Shown: piece after piece, positions 1 through 10,390 of the stretch
How positions within the stretch are numbered: position 1 is the first letter of the stretch
Layout of the letters: each line of letters starts with the position of its first letter
NCBI GenBank assembly: GCA_036165695.1
Contig: JAYZIH010000052.1
Location: 1-42,027 of the forward strand
Reading direction: 5' to 3'
Source of the DNA: Pseudomonadota bacterium
GTDB taxonomy: Bacteria > Pseudomonadota > Gammaproteobacteria > Poriferisulfidales > GCA-002705445
DNA: 42,027 nucleotides
The notes under the pieces: model-generated
Database searches by the model: none
The model's input: only the letters and a program-made list of their open reading frames with translations
Told to the model about the DNA's origin: nothing
Position numbers and translations under genes: made by a program

Positions 1-1
1 T

Positions 2-751
2 GAAATATGGCAACCAGAAAAAATATCAAAAAAAGAAATTGATATCTTATATGATATTAATCCTGACTTGGTAGTGGTTGTTTCTTATGGCTTAATATTG
101 CCTGAAGAATTTTTAAATATTCCAAAACATGGTTGTATAAATGTTCATCCATCTCTTCTCCCAAGGTGGAGAGGTGCCGCACCAATTCAAAGATCAATTG
201 AGTATGGAGACAATTTATCTGGCATTACTATAATGCAAATGAATGGAAGATTAGATGAAGGGGATATTATTTATCAAGAACCAATAGAAATTGATAAAAA
301 TAAAACTGCTGGCGAAATAGAAGAAAAATTTATATCAATAGGAAAACATGTTATGTCAGTTACTATAGACTCTATAATAGAAAATAACTTTATGCTATTT
401 CCTCAAGACCATAAATTAAGTACATATGCAAAAAAAATATCTAAAAATGAAGCTAAAATAAATTGGGAAGATACTGCAAAAAGTATCCATAATAAAATTA
501 TGGCCTTTAATCCTTGGCCAATAGCAGAGGCATCCCTAGATGGACAAAGAATTAGAATTTTTAAAAGCGAATATGATAAAATTAGCATAAGTGGAATACC
601 AGGGACTATAAAATCATTTAAGGACAGTATAAAAGTCTTCACAAAAGAAGGTATTTTAATTATAAAAGAGCTGCAAAAAGAAAATTCCAAAATTATAAAT
701 GCAAAAGACTTTATAAACTCTAATAATCTAATGGGGAAAAAATTCAAATAA
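2..751 (+). CDS. fmt: Methionyl-tRNA formyltransferase, 5'-truncated by the window edge (C-terminal ~250 aa)
   Basis: The frame is open from nt 2, upstream of the listed ORF start at 68. It contains the formyltransferase motif HPSLLPRWRGAAPIQRSI and a C-terminal Fmt-type domain (AFNPWPIA). Stop at 749-751. Confidence 0.9.
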   Translation, partial: EIWQPEKISKKEIDILYDINPDLVVVVSYGLILPEEFLNIPKHGCINVHPSLLPRWRGAAPIQRSIEYGDNLSGITIMQMNGRLDEGDIIYQEPIEIDKNKTAGEIEEKFISIGKHVMSVTIDSIIENNFMLFPQDHKLSTYAKKISKNEAKINWEDTAKSIHNKIMAFNPWPIAEASLDGQRIRIFKSEYDKISISGIPGTIKSFKDSIKVFTKEGILIIKELQKENSKIINAKDFINSNNLMGKKFK

Positions 752-774
752 TATTCTGATTTGATAAAGCAACC

Positions 775-2133
775 ATGAAAATAATAATTATCGGCGCAGG
801 TCAGTTAGGCAGTTCTCTAGCTATAAATTTAGTTAGGGAAGGTAATGACATTACCCTAATAGATACAAGAGCTGACTTACTTGAGAAAATAGAGGATAAA
901 ATAGATCTAAAAACTATAAAAGGTAATGGTGCACATCCAAGTTTACTTCAATTAGCAGGGGCAGAAGATGCACATATGCTTATTGCGGTTTCACATAGTG
1001 ATGAAATCAATATGGTAGCATGCCAAGTTGCATATACTGTATTTAATGTCCCAAAAAAAATTGCAAGAATAAGAGAAACTGAATATATAGCTCATGAATC
1101 ATTATTTTCTCATGATTCAATGCCAATAGACGTTTTAATAACACCAGAAATGCTAGTATCAAATTACATACAAGAATTAATATCACATCCAGGTGCACAT
1201 AAAATATTTATGTTTGAAAATAAAAAAACTTGCATGGTTAATCTAAAATTAAATTCTAATAATGAACAGTTATTTTTAATTGAAGATATCCAAAAAAAAA
1301 TACAGGAATATAATTCCTATATTTTATTACTAGGAAGTAACAAAAAAATGTTTAAATATGGTTTAGATAAAACTTATGATGATGATGAAATAGATGAAAT
1401 ATTTTTTACTTGTAATCATAAAGATATTAATACAATTATAGATATTATAACCAACGTAAACATTCAAAATAAAAGGGTTATGGTTGCAGGTGGAGGAAAA
1501 ATTGGAAAACACTTATGTGAAAGTATAAGTAATTTATTTCAAGTTAAACTCATTGAGGAGAATGAAGCTAATGCTAATTATTTATCTGAAAATCTTGAAG
1601 ACGTCACCGTAATTTGTGGAGATTCTTCAAATGAAGATATTTTATTAGAAGAAAATATTGAACATATGGATATATTCTGCTCCTTAACTGATGATGATGA
1701 AGCCAACGTATTGTCTTCCATGTTAGCAAAAAGACTTGGAGCAAAGTCAGTTATATCAATAATAAATAAATCTAGCTATTCAGATCTTGTAGAAAAAGAT
1801 TCTATAGATATTTTTATATCACCAGAAGAATTAACTATGGGCAATATCTTAACCCATGTAAGGCAGGGAGGGGTTGTTTCCGTACATACACTTAATCAAG
1901 TGTCTGAAGAGATTATCGAAGTATCAATAAATGAAGCAGGTGAAAAATCTAAAATAATAGGAAAACAAATTAATCAAATTGATATACCTAAGGATATAGT
2001 AATCTGTTGCATACTAAGAAATGAAGAATTTATCTTCGACATAGAAAAGACCATAATTGAAAATGATGATCACTTAATTATATATATAGCAAACAAGAAA
2101 AGTGTATCAGAAGTAGAAAATCTTTTTGGATAA
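775..2133 (+). CDS. trkA: Trk potassium uptake system NAD-binding protein TrkA
   Basis: 452 aa. An N-terminal Rossmann motif MKIIIIGAGQLGSSLA and a second one (VMVAGGGKIGKHL) give the duplicated RCK/KTN architecture. Lies directly upstream of trkH. Confidence 0.9.
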   Translation: MKIIIIGAGQLGSSLAINLVREGNDITLIDTRADLLEKIEDKIDLKTIKGNGAHPSLLQLAGAEDAHMLIAVSHSDEINMVACQVAYTVFNVPKKIARIRETEYIAHESLFSHDSMPIDVLITPEMLVSNYIQELISHPGAHKIFMFENKKTCMVNLKLNSNNEQLFLIEDIQKKIQEYNSYILLLGSNKKMFKYGLDKTYDDDEIDEIFFTCNHKDINTIIDIITNVNIQNKRVMVAGGGKIGKHLCESISNLFQVKLIEENEANANYLSENLEDVTVICGDSSNEDILLEENIEHMDIFCSLTDDDEANVLSSMLAKRLGAKSVISIINKSSYSDLVEKDSIDIFISPEELTMGNILTHVRQGGVVSVHTLNQVSEEIIEVSINEAGEKSKIIGKQINQIDIPKDIVICCILRNEEFIFDIEKTIIENDDHLIIYIANKKSVSEVENLFG

Positions 2134-2140
2134 CTAAAAA

Positions 2141-3586
2141 ATGCAGATAAGAGTAGTAACAAAGATTTTAGGTTCTTTACTAATACTTTTTAGTATCACA
2201 ATGATACCTCCATTAATAGTGAGCATAGTATATGAAGATAATGAGCTATGGTCATTTATATATGCATTCTTCCTAATTTTATTAGCAGGATCTCTTTTCT
2301 GGCTTCCTGCTATGCATACTAAAACTACGCTTAAATTAAGAGATGGATTTATTGTAGTTGTTATGTTCTGGTTAGTATTAAGTACTTTCGGGTCTTTGCC
2401 TTTATTATTAAGTGAAGCTATAAATCTTTCAATTACTGATGCGATATTTGAATCTGTTTCGGGTTTAACAACAACGGGTGCAACTATAATTAACAATATA
2501 GATGCTCTCCCTAAATCAATGCTATTTTACAGACAATATCTACAATGGTTAGGTGGTCTAGGAATTATAGTTTTAGCAATTGCGATACTTCCTATACTAG
2601 GCATTGGAGGAATGCATTTATATAAGGCTGAAGTTGCTGGACCTTTAAAAAACAAATTAACACCTAGACTAACTGAAACTGCAAAAGCTCTCTGGGTTAT
2701 TTATTTATTTATGACAATAGCTTGCGCTGTAAGCTATAAATTTTTTGGGATGTCATGGTTTGATGCTATTTCTCATAGTTTTTCTACTATAGCAATAGGA
2801 GGGTTTTCAACTCACAACGAAAGTTTTGCTTACTTTAATAGCTCTTCCATTGAACTAGTAGCAATATTTTTTATGATTATTGCAGGGCTTAATTTTAGTC
2901 TACATTATCTTGCTATAAAAAATAAAAGTTTGCTGATATATAAAAACGATAAAGAATGTAATTATTATATCTACATTATAATTTTTGTTACTGCCATATC
3001 TTTACTTTATTTACATAAATTATTTGGTGATTTAGGTTATGAAGAATCAATAAATTCAATCTTTCAAACAGTTTCTATAATAACTACAACAGGATATGTA
3101 AATTCGGAGTATAGTGTTTTTTCTGGATTTCTACCTATCTTCTTGATTCTATTCAGTTTTATTGGAGGATGCGCAGGCTCTACAGCTGGGGGTATGAAAG
3201 TTATAAGGTTCACGTTGCTAATTAAACAAGGATATAGAGAGTTAACTAAACTAATACATCCAAATGCAAAAATTAAAGTTAAAGTTGGAAAGAATTTAGT
3301 AGATGAAAGAACAATAGAAGCAGTTTGGGGATTTTTCGCAATATATATATTTGTCTTTTTAACAATAATGCTAATCCTTATGTTTTCTGGACTAGACTTT
3401 TATACATCATTTTCTGCTGTAGCAGCAACGATAAATAATCTTGGGCCCGGGCTTGGTGAAGTACATAATAACTATACAAATTTAACAGACTTAAATAAAT
3501 GGGCTCTATGTTTAAGTATGATAATAGGTAGGTTAGAAATATTTACTCTATTAGTTATTCTTACTCCAGAATTTTGGCGTAAATAA
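2141..3586 (+). CDS. trkH: Trk system potassium transporter TrkH
   Basis: 481-aa polytopic membrane protein with repeated pore-loop signatures (SGLTTTGAT, IITTTGYV, GCAGSTAGGMKV). Starts 7 nt after trkA. Confidence 0.9.
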   Translation: MQIRVVTKILGSLLILFSITMIPPLIVSIVYEDNELWSFIYAFFLILLAGSLFWLPAMHTKTTLKLRDGFIVVVMFWLVLSTFGSLPLLLSEAINLSITDAIFESVSGLTTTGATIINNIDALPKSMLFYRQYLQWLGGLGIIVLAIAILPILGIGGMHLYKAEVAGPLKNKLTPRLTETAKALWVIYLFMTIACAVSYKFFGMSWFDAISHSFSTIAIGGFSTHNESFAYFNSSSIELVAIFFMIIAGLNFSLHYLAIKNKSLLIYKNDKECNYYIYIIIFVTAISLLYLHKLFGDLGYEESINSIFQTVSIITTTGYVNSEYSVFSGFLPIFLILFSFIGGCAGSTAGGMKVIRFTLLIKQGYRELTKLIHPNAKIKVKVGKNLVDERTIEAVWGFFAIYIFVFLTIMLILMFSGLDFYTSFSAVAATINNLGPGLGEVHNNYTNLTDLNKWALCLSMIIGRLEIFTLLVILTPEFWRK

Positions 3587-3587
3587 G

Positions 3588-4499
3588 CTAATTATAAGCA
3601 TTCTCCTTCACGCCAACTCTATTTCTAAATCTTTCATATGACCATAGATATTGTTCTGGGTTACGCAAAATAATATCCTCTAAACATCTATTTAAAATAT
3701 CAGCTGCTTCTTGATCACCTGCGTTATAAAAATTTTCTACAATTTCTTCAATATAAATTTTAAAACCCTTGCCCCCTTTTAGTCTTTCTGAATATACAAA
3801 CAAGACAGGAGATTTTTTCTTTTTTGATAATTTATTAATAAGGGTTATTGTGTTAACTGGTACATCAAAAAATCTTGACATAATTCCTTGATTTAATTTT
3901 GGAGTATGATCTGGAAGTACTCCTACTCCATTATTGTTTTGCAAAGATTTTAATAAATTTTTTACTCCGCTACCATCAGTAGGAACAAGTTTTGCCCCTG
4001 TACTTGCCCTTCCATGTTTAACAAAATTATCTAAAATTTTATTTCTAAGAGGTCTATACATAATTGATGTCTCAATATTATTTGCAACATATAGCCCACT
4101 TAATTCCCATGACCCATGATGTGGTGTTATAAAAATTATCCCATTGTTTTTTCTTATCGCCTCAGTTATATGTGTGCTCCCCTTAACATCTTTTATTAAA
4201 TTGTTAAGATTACTTTTGCTAGAACCAGTAATTTTATTCTTACTCGCAACCCTCCAAATATGAGGTGCTTCTATCATAGATTTTAAAAATTCTTTTAGGC
4301 TATTACTAGCTAAGTCTTCCTTCCACTTCTCTTTTTTCTCAGGGAAGCAAAGATCCAAATTTTTACGAGTTACTTTGTATCTTTTGCTTCTTTTAGAAAA
4401 AAATATATGGAATAGTAGATTCGACAATATATGTAAAAACCTAAGGCTACATAGGCTTAGCAGATAAAGAAAAAATTTTTGTATTAGACGATACATCAC
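3588..4499 (-). CDS. lpxL: Lipid A biosynthesis (Kdo2-lipid IVA) late acyltransferase, LpxL/HtrB family
   Basis: 303 aa with an N-terminal hydrophobic anchor and the acyltransferase HX4E motif (PHHGSWE). Length and layout are HtrB/MsbB-like. The paralog type (LpxL/LpxM/LpxP) cannot be resolved by eye. Convergent with trkH with a 1-nt gap. Confidence 0.75.
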   Translation of the reverse strand: MMYRLIQKFFLYLLSLCSLRFLHILSNLLFHIFFSKRSKRYKVTRKNLDLCFPEKKEKWKEDLASNSLKEFLKSMIEAPHIWRVASKNKITGSSKSNLNNLIKDVKGSTHITEAIRKNNGIIFITPHHGSWELSGLYVANNIETSIMYRPLRNKILDNFVKHGRASTGAKLVPTDGSGVKNLLKSLQNNNGVGVLPDHTPKLNQGIMSRFFDVPVNTITLINKLSKKKKSPVLFVYSERLKGGKGFKIYIEEIVENFYNAGDQEAADILNRCLEDIILRNPEQYLWSYERFRNRVGVKENAYN

Positions 4500-4557
4500 T
4501 ATTTAGTGTATATTGTGTACGTTTACTATTATACAAAAATGAACCGAATTGAACAGA

Positions 4558-5151
4558 ATGACTAATAGAACTGCGAATATAGAAAGGAAAACAAAGGAAA
4601 CTCAGATTGAATTAGATTTAAATATTGATGGTTTAGGTAAAAGCGACCTAAATACTGGTCTGCCCTTTCTAGAACACATGATTGAACAAATTTGCAAACA
4701 TGGCGAAATTGATATTTCAATAAATGCCAAGGGAGACCTTGCTGTAGATGCTCATCACACAGTCGAAGATATAGGGATATGTTTAGGGCAAGCATTTTCT
4801 AAAGCTTTGGGTGATAAGGCTGGCATTAATCGCTATGGTCATTCTTATGTACCTTTGGACGAGTCTTTGTCTAGAGTTGTATTAGATTTATCAGGAAGGC
4901 CTGGTCTTGAATATTCAGCAAAATTTCCAAGACAAAATATAAATAATTTTGATGTGGATTTAATCCATGAATTTTTTCAAGGTTTCTGTAATCACGCAAT
5001 GGTTACATTACATATTGATAATATTAAAGGAGATAATGGTCATCATATTGCTGAAACTATTTTTAAGGCCTTTGGACGGGCACTAAAAATTGCAAAATTA
5101 ATTACTGACAAAGATACAAAAACACCTCCCTCAACTAAAGGTGTATTATAA
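4558..5151 (+). CDS. hisB: Imidazoleglycerol-phosphate dehydratase (monofunctional)
   Basis: Motifs [11 protein letters not shown] and [10 protein letters not shown], ~197 aa. Start placed at ATG 4558; the ORF-track TTG at 4549 is also possible. Confidence 0.92.
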   Translation: MTNRTANIERKTKETQIELDLNIDGLGKSDLNTGLPFLEHMIEQICKHGEIDISINAKGDLAVDAHHTVEDIGICLGQAFSKALGDKAGINRYGHSYVPLDESLSRVVLDLSGRPGLEYSAKFPRQNINNFDVDLIHEFFQGFCNHAMVTLHIDNIKGDNGHHIAETIFKAFGRALKIAKLITDKDTKTPPSTKGVL

Positions 5152-5157
5152 ATTTTA

Positions 5158-5805
5158 TTGGTAAATATTTTGGAAATAATTGTAATAGTAGATTATGGCA
5201 TGGGTAATTTAAACTCTGTATTTAAAGCAATGCAATATATTGCTAAAGGAAAGCAAAGAGTTTTAACCACTTCTAACCCAAAAGAAATTTATGATGCTGA
5301 TAAAGTAATATTCCCAGGGCAGGGAGCGGCAGAAAGCTGTATGAAGAATATAAAAGAAAGGAATCTAGAAGACGCAATAATAAAAAGTGCGAGTGAAAAA
5401 CCATTTCTTGGAATTTGTATGGGAATGCAGATTCTTATGGATAAAAGCAGTGAAAATAATTCAACAGAATGTCTTGGCATTATTAAGGGTGAAGTTAAAA
5501 AGTTAAACTCTAAAAATAGCTCTGGAGAAAAAATTAAAATTCCACACATGGGCTGGAATAATATAAAACAGAAAACTAACCATCCAATATGGCATAAAAT
5601 TAAGGATGAAAGTTTTTTTTATTTTGTGCATAGCTACTTTGTAGAGCCTAATGATAAATCTATTGTAGTTGGAACTACACAATATGATAATGCATTTTGT
5701 TCTGTTTTTGCGTTTAAGAATATTGTAGCGATTCAAGGTCATCCAGAAAAAAGCTCAGATGCAGGTCTACAACTCCTAAAGAATTTTTCTAATATTAAGG
5801 TATAG
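5158..5805 (+). CDS. hisH: Imidazole glycerol phosphate synthase, glutamine amidotransferase subunit
   Basis: VDYGMGNLNSV, catalytic Cys in GICMGMQ, and HPEKS. Start uncertain (TTG 5158 or TTG 5170). Confidence 0.9.
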   Translation: MVNILEIIVIVDYGMGNLNSVFKAMQYIAKGKQRVLTTSNPKEIYDADKVIFPGQGAAESCMKNIKERNLEDAIIKSASEKPFLGICMGMQILMDKSSENNSTECLGIIKGEVKKLNSKNSSGEKIKIPHMGWNNIKQKTNHPIWHKIKDESFFYFVHSYFVEPNDKSIVVGTTQYDNAFCSVFAFKNIVAIQGHPEKSSDAGLQLLKNFSNIKV

Positions 5806-5807
5806 CC

Positions 5808-6542
5808 ATGGATATTATACCGGCAATTGATATACAGAATGGAAAATGTGTAAGGCTTCAACAAGGAGATTTTAAAAAAGAAACTATATTCTCGGAAGAT
5901 CCAGTCGAAATGGCTAAGAAGTGGGCTAAATATGGAATAAGAAGACTCCATATAGTTGATCTTGATGGCGCAAAACTTGGAAAGCCAAAAAATCATGAAA
6001 TTATTTTCTCAATTTCAACTTTATTTCCAAATCTATCTATACAAGTAGGTGGAGGAATAAGATCAAAGGAAGATGCTGAGATGTACTTTAATGCAGGTAT
6101 AAAATACATAATTGTTGGAAGTAAAGCTGTTGAAGATATAAATTTCGTTGAAGATTTATGTAAATCCTTTAAAAATAAAATCATCATTGGGATAGACGCA
6201 AAAGATGGGATTGTTGCAACAGATGGCTGGGCAAAATCTTCAAAAATAGGGGCTCTAGATCTTGCAAAAAAAGTTGAAAATTTTGGAGTAAAAGAAATAA
6301 TTTATACTGATATAGAAAAAGACGGAATGATGATGGGCCCAAATATAGAATCTATCTTAAAATTGTCAGAATCAATTAATATACCAATAATTGCTTCTGG
6401 CGGCATAACTACTATAGATGATATAAAAAAAATATCTAATTATTCAAATTTAGGTATATCAGGAATGATTGTTGGTAGAGCTCTATACGAAAATAAAATA
6501 AATGTAAACGAAGCTCAAAAAATTTTAAATAATATTAAATAA
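5808..6542 (+). CDS. hisA: ProFAR isomerase (1-(5-phosphoribosyl)-5-[(5-phosphoribosylamino)methylideneamino]imidazole-4-carboxamide isomerase)
   Basis: MDIIPAIDIQNGKCVRL N-terminus, GGGIRS and ASGGI phosphate-binding motifs. Located between hisH and hisF. Confidence 0.92.
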   Translation: MDIIPAIDIQNGKCVRLQQGDFKKETIFSEDPVEMAKKWAKYGIRRLHIVDLDGAKLGKPKNHEIIFSISTLFPNLSIQVGGGIRSKEDAEMYFNAGIKYIIVGSKAVEDINFVEDLCKSFKNKIIIGIDAKDGIVATDGWAKSSKIGALDLAKKVENFGVKEIIYTDIEKDGMMMGPNIESILKLSESINIPIIASGGITTIDDIKKISNYSNLGISGMIVGRALYENKINVNEAQKILNNIK

Positions 6543-6545
6543 AAT

Positions 6546-7313
6546 ATGGCTTTAACAAAAAGAATAATACCTTGCTTAGATGTAGACAATGGAAGAGTTG
6601 TCAAAGGAATTAAATTTAAATCTATAAAGGATGCTGGTGATCCTGTAGAAATTGCTAAAAGATATAACGATGAAGGTGCAGATGAGATAACATTTTTAGA
6701 CATTACTGCAAGCTCTGATAATAGAGATACAATATATAGCGTTGTAGAAAAAGTAGCTAATGAAGTTTTTATACCACTTACTGTTGGTGGTGGTGTGAGA
6801 ACTGTTGATGATATAAGAGCTTTATTAAATTGTGGGGCTGATAAAATTACAATTAATACTTCTGCTATAAAAAATCCAAATTTAATTAAAGAGGCAAGCA
6901 CCGCCGTAGGATCACAATGTATTGTTATAGCAATTGATGCAAAAAAATCTTCAGATACATGGGAAATTTATACACATGGGGGCAGAAATCCTACTGGAAT
7001 AAATGCAATAGATTGGGCAAAGAAATCTGAGGAGTTTGGTGCTGGAGAACTACTGGTAACTAGTATGGATAAAGATGGAACAAAAGAAGGATTTGACCTA
7101 GAATTAATGAATAATATAAATGACAAGGTCAATATTCCTATAATTGCTAGCGGTGGAGTTGGTACTTTAGAACATCTTTATGAAGGAGTTAGTATAGGTA
7201 GGGCAGATGCAGTATTAGCAGCAAGTATCTTTCATTTTGGCATGTTTTCTATAAAAGAGGTTAAATCGTATATGAAAGATAGAGGTATACCAGTGAGACT
7301 TAAATATGACTAA
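6546..7313 (+). CDS. hisF: Imidazole glycerol phosphate synthase, cyclase subunit
   Basis: [31 protein letters not shown] and ASGGVG, 255 aa. Confidence 0.93.
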   Translation: MALTKRIIPCLDVDNGRVVKGIKFKSIKDAGDPVEIAKRYNDEGADEITFLDITASSDNRDTIYSVVEKVANEVFIPLTVGGGVRTVDDIRALLNCGADKITINTSAIKNPNLIKEASTAVGSQCIVIAIDAKKSSDTWEIYTHGGRNPTGINAIDWAKKSEEFGAGELLVTSMDKDGTKEGFDLELMNNINDKVNIPIIASGGVGTLEHLYEGVSIGRADAVLAASIFHFGMFSIKEVKSYMKDRGIPVRLKYD

Positions 7314-7620
7314 TATTCTGAAAAAATTAGAGGATGTAATCAAGGAAAGAAAAGACTCTCCTGAAGAAGAATCTTATGTTTCATCTCTTAATAAAAAGGG
7401 AATCTCATATACTGGAGAGAAGGTATTAGAGGAAGCAAAGGAGCTAGTAGATGCAACAAATTCAGAGTCTACAGAAAGAGTAATTTCTGAAGCAGCTGAT
7501 CTTTGGTTTCATAGCATTGTATTGCTATCTATGAGAAATTTAAGCTCTAATGATATATTATTAGAGCTTGAGAAAAGATTTGGTATATCTGGTATTACCG
7601 AAAAAGAATCTAGAAAATAG
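7306..7620 (+). CDS. hisE: Phosphoribosyl-ATP pyrophosphatase (stand-alone HisE)
   Basis: 104 aa with a MazG-like PRA-PH pattern (EESYVSSL..., EAADLWFH). The start overlaps the hisF stop by 8 nt. No HisI domain is fused or adjacent. Confidence 0.85.
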   Translation: MTNILKKLEDVIKERKDSPEEESYVSSLNKKGISYTGEKVLEEAKELVDATNSESTERVISEAADLWFHSIVLLSMRNLSSNDILLELEKRFGISGITEKESRK

Positions 7621-7639
7621 TTATTGGGTAGGAGGCTAA

Positions 7640-7801
7640 ATGGCGGGAATAAGTATAGGGTCATTATTGATAATATTAGCGATTGTTCTTTTGCTTTTTG
7701 GAACAAAGAAGTTAAGAAATCTGGGCGGAGATTTAGGTGGAGCAATTAAAAGCTTTAAAAAATCTGTAGCCGATGATGATAAATCAAAAACTAAAAAATA
7801 A
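7640..7801 (+). CDS. tatA: Twin-arginine translocase subunit TatA
   Basis: Not in the ORF track (54 codons). [41 protein letters not shown]... is a TM helix, an FGxKKL hinge and an amphipathic helix. AGGAGG lies 4 nt upstream of the ATG. tatB and tatC follow. Confidence 0.9.
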   Translation: MAGISIGSLLIILAIVLLLFGTKKLRNLGGDLGGAIKSFKKSVADDDKSKTKK

Positions 7802-7834
7802 TACCAAAAACAGATAATTACAGGATAGTTCAAT

Positions 7835-8092
7835 ATGTTTGATTTTGGCTTTTGGGAACTTGCTCTAATATTAGTTATTAGCTTAATTGTATTAGGCCCT
7901 GAGCGTCTACCTGTTTTTGCCGCTCAGCTAGGATCTTGGATTAAAAAAATAAAGGTTTTTGCCGAAAATATAAAACTAAATATAGAAAGTGAAACAAAGG
8001 TTACAGAACTCAAAAAAATTATAGAAGAACAGAAAAGTGAAATTTCTGAAATAAAGGATATGATTGACAAAGACTCCAATGAAGTCAAATAA
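7835..8092 (+). CDS. tatB: Twin-arginine translocase subunit TatB
   Basis: The MFDFGFWELALILVISLIVLGPERLP N-terminus is typical of TatB. 85 aa with an acidic, charged tail. Confidence 0.88.
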   Translation: MFDFGFWELALILVISLIVLGPERLPVFAAQLGSWIKKIKVFAENIKLNIESETKVTELKKIIEEQKSEISEIKDMIDKDSNEVK

Positions 8093-8870
8093 TAACTCTA
8101 CTTTTATAGGTCACTTATTAGAACTAAGAAATAGGCTTCTGTTTATATTAGGATCAATATTTCTCTGCTTAATCATTCTAATGCCATTTGCAAATGATAT
8201 ATATGAATTATTAGCAAAACCGTTATTAAATGTCTTGCCGCAAGGAACATCAATGATTGCCGTAGATGTAGCATCACCTTTTTTAGCCCCATTTAAACTA
8301 GTTCTTCTTAGCTCTGTTGCTATAACTATTCCTATAACAATCTATCATCTGTGGGCATTTGTAGCTCCGGGACTTTATCTAAAAGAAAAAAAATTAGTTG
8401 CTCCAGTATTAATTTCTAGCACGATTCTTTTTTATCTTGGGATAATATTTGCTTACTATATTGTCTTCCCACTTATTTTCAAATTTTTTACAACAATCGC
8501 TCCAACAGGTGTTGAGGTTGCTACTGATATAAGTAGTTTTTTAAACTTTGTAATAAAGATTTTTTTTGCTTTCGGACTTGCATTTGAAGTTCCAATTATT
8601 ACTTTTTTAGTTGTTATGCTTGGGATAAGTGATACTAAATCTTTATCTAAGAAAAGACCCTATATTATAGTTGTTGCATTTGTAGTTGGAATGATACTAA
8701 CGCCTCCTGATATAATTTCACAGATACTACTTGCCGTCCCAATATGGCTATTATTTGAGCTTGGACTACTATTGTCATATTTTGTAAGAAAAAATACCAA
8801 TGAAAAAGGTGAAAACATAAAAAGATTTGATAAGATGTCCAACGGAGATATTAAGAATGACGACCTCTAA
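8064..8870 (+). CDS. tatC: Twin-arginine translocase subunit TatC
   Basis: 268 aa, about six TM segments, N-terminal HLLELRNRL motif. The start could instead be ATG 8079. Overlaps the 3' end of tatB. Confidence 0.9.
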   Translation: MTKTPMKSNNNSTFIGHLLELRNRLLFILGSIFLCLIILMPFANDIYELLAKPLLNVLPQGTSMIAVDVASPFLAPFKLVLLSSVAITIPITIYHLWAFVAPGLYLKEKKLVAPVLISSTILFYLGIIFAYYIVFPLIFKFFTTIAPTGVEVATDISSFLNFVIKIFFAFGLAFEVPIITFLVVMLGISDTKSLSKKRPYIIVVAFVVGMILTPPDIISQILLAVPIWLLFELGLLLSYFVRKNTNEKGENIKRFDKMSNGDIKNDDL

Positions 8871-10386
8871 TCAAATTAACCGGGCAATGCTTGTTATACT
8901 CGATGGAGTAGGAATAAGTTCTGACAAAGATAATAACGGATTTGCTCTTGCCGAGACACCAAATCTAGATTCTCTCTTAAATGATTACCCAGGCGCAATT
9001 GTTGATGCTAGTGGTAAATGCGTGGGGCTTCCAGAAGGACAAATGGGGAATTCAGAAGTTGGACATATGATTATAGGTTGTGGGAAAATTTTCAAACAAG
9101 ACTTGGTAATTATAAACGAAGCAATTAATGATGGCTCTTTCTTTGAAAATGAATGTATTATAAATTCAATAAATAAAGTTAAAGATTCAGAAAATGATCT
9201 ACATCTCTTAGGCTTAGCTTCGGGGGGAGGCGTTCATTCTCATATAAATCATCTTTATGCGTTGCTTAAACTTTGCAAGCAACATGGTATTAAGCCTAAA
9301 TTACACCTCTTTTCAGATGGAAGAGATTGTCCGCCAGAATCTGCACTGGATATATTTAAAGATATCGATATTAAACTTAAGGAGTTAGGAGGAGAAATAT
9401 ATACTATATCTGGAAGATATTATGCAATGGATAGAGATTCTAGATGGGATAGAACAGAGCTAGCCTGGAATGCAATCATAAATAATAAGGGTGAAATGGC
9501 AAATGATTATGAGGATGCAATCAATAAATCATATTCAAGTGGAACATCGGATGAATTTATTTTGCCTACAGTGCTAAAAAATGCAAAAAAAATTAAAAAA
9601 GATGATGCATTACTCTTTTTTAATTTTAGAAATGATAGAACTCGTCAAATTGCTAGAGCAATAAGTGTTGAAAGATTTGATAATTTAAAAAGAACTAATA
9701 ATGATACTGCATATTCTATTACTACAATGACAGAATATGATCCATATCTTCCATGTCCTGTAGCATTTAGAATAAGACCTCCCAAGGTTACCCTTGGAAG
9801 TGTAATTAGTGACTTAGGCTTAAAACAATTTCACTGTGCTGAAACAGAGAAATATCCACACGTAACTTTCTTTATCAATGGGGGAAAAGAAGAGCCTTAC
9901 GCTGGGGAAAAAAGAGTTCTAGTGCCTTCCCCAAATGTTGCAACATATGATTTAAAGCCTGAGATGAGTTGCCATGAAGTTGCGAATGAAGTTATAAGTG
10001 CATTAAAAAATTCAGACTACAAGCTTATAGTAGTTAATTTTGCTAATGGAGATATGGTTGGTCATACTGCAAAAAAAGAGCCAATAATAAAGGCAATGGA
10101 GCATTTAGACCGTGCAATAGGGAAAATTATAACAGAAGCTATAAAGAATGATGTTGCAGCTGTAATAACGGCGGATCATGGGAATGTAGATGAAATTATG
10201 AATCGAGCTACTGGGCTACCTAATACACAACATTCTATGAACCCAGTTCCTTGTATTATAGTAGATAGGAATAATAAATGGTCAATCACTAAATCAGGTG
10301 GATTATCAAATATTGCTCCTACAGTCTTAAAGTTGATGAACATTGACCCTCCAGGATCAATGACAAGCGAAAGTCTAATAAAATAA
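8857..10386 (+). CDS. gpmI: 2,3-bisphosphoglycerate-independent phosphoglycerate mutase
   Basis: iPGM motifs VILDGVG, GNSEVGHM, SGRYYAMDRD and TADHGN. Start set to ATG 8857 (MTTSNQ...). The ORF-track start at 8827 would extend further into tatC. Confidence 0.92.
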   Translation: MTTSNQINRAMLVILDGVGISSDKDNNGFALAETPNLDSLLNDYPGAIVDASGKCVGLPEGQMGNSEVGHMIIGCGKIFKQDLVIINEAINDGSFFENECIINSINKVKDSENDLHLLGLASGGGVHSHINHLYALLKLCKQHGIKPKLHLFSDGRDCPPESALDIFKDIDIKLKELGGEIYTISGRYYAMDRDSRWDRTELAWNAIINNKGEMANDYEDAINKSYSSGTSDEFILPTVLKNAKKIKKDDALLFFNFRNDRTRQIARAISVERFDNLKRTNNDTAYSITTMTEYDPYLPCPVAFRIRPPKVTLGSVISDLGLKQFHCAETEKYPHVTFFINGGKEEPYAGEKRVLVPSPNVATYDLKPEMSCHEVANEVISALKNSDYKLIVVNFANGDMVGHTAKKEPIIKAMEHLDRAIGKIITEAIKNDVAAVITADHGNVDEIMNRATGLPNTQHSMNPVPCIIVDRNNKWSITKSGGLSNIAPTVLKLMNIDPPGSMTSESLIK

Positions 10387-10390
10387 TTTG

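Noticed and set aside
9852-9860. One-mismatch DnaA-box-like 9-mers inside coding regions (ATATCCACA in gpmI at 9852-60; TTATCCAAA in mnmG at 28646-54)
   Set aside because: They are isolated, intragenic and not clustered or next to AT-rich unwinding elements. This is compatible with chance in 42 kb.
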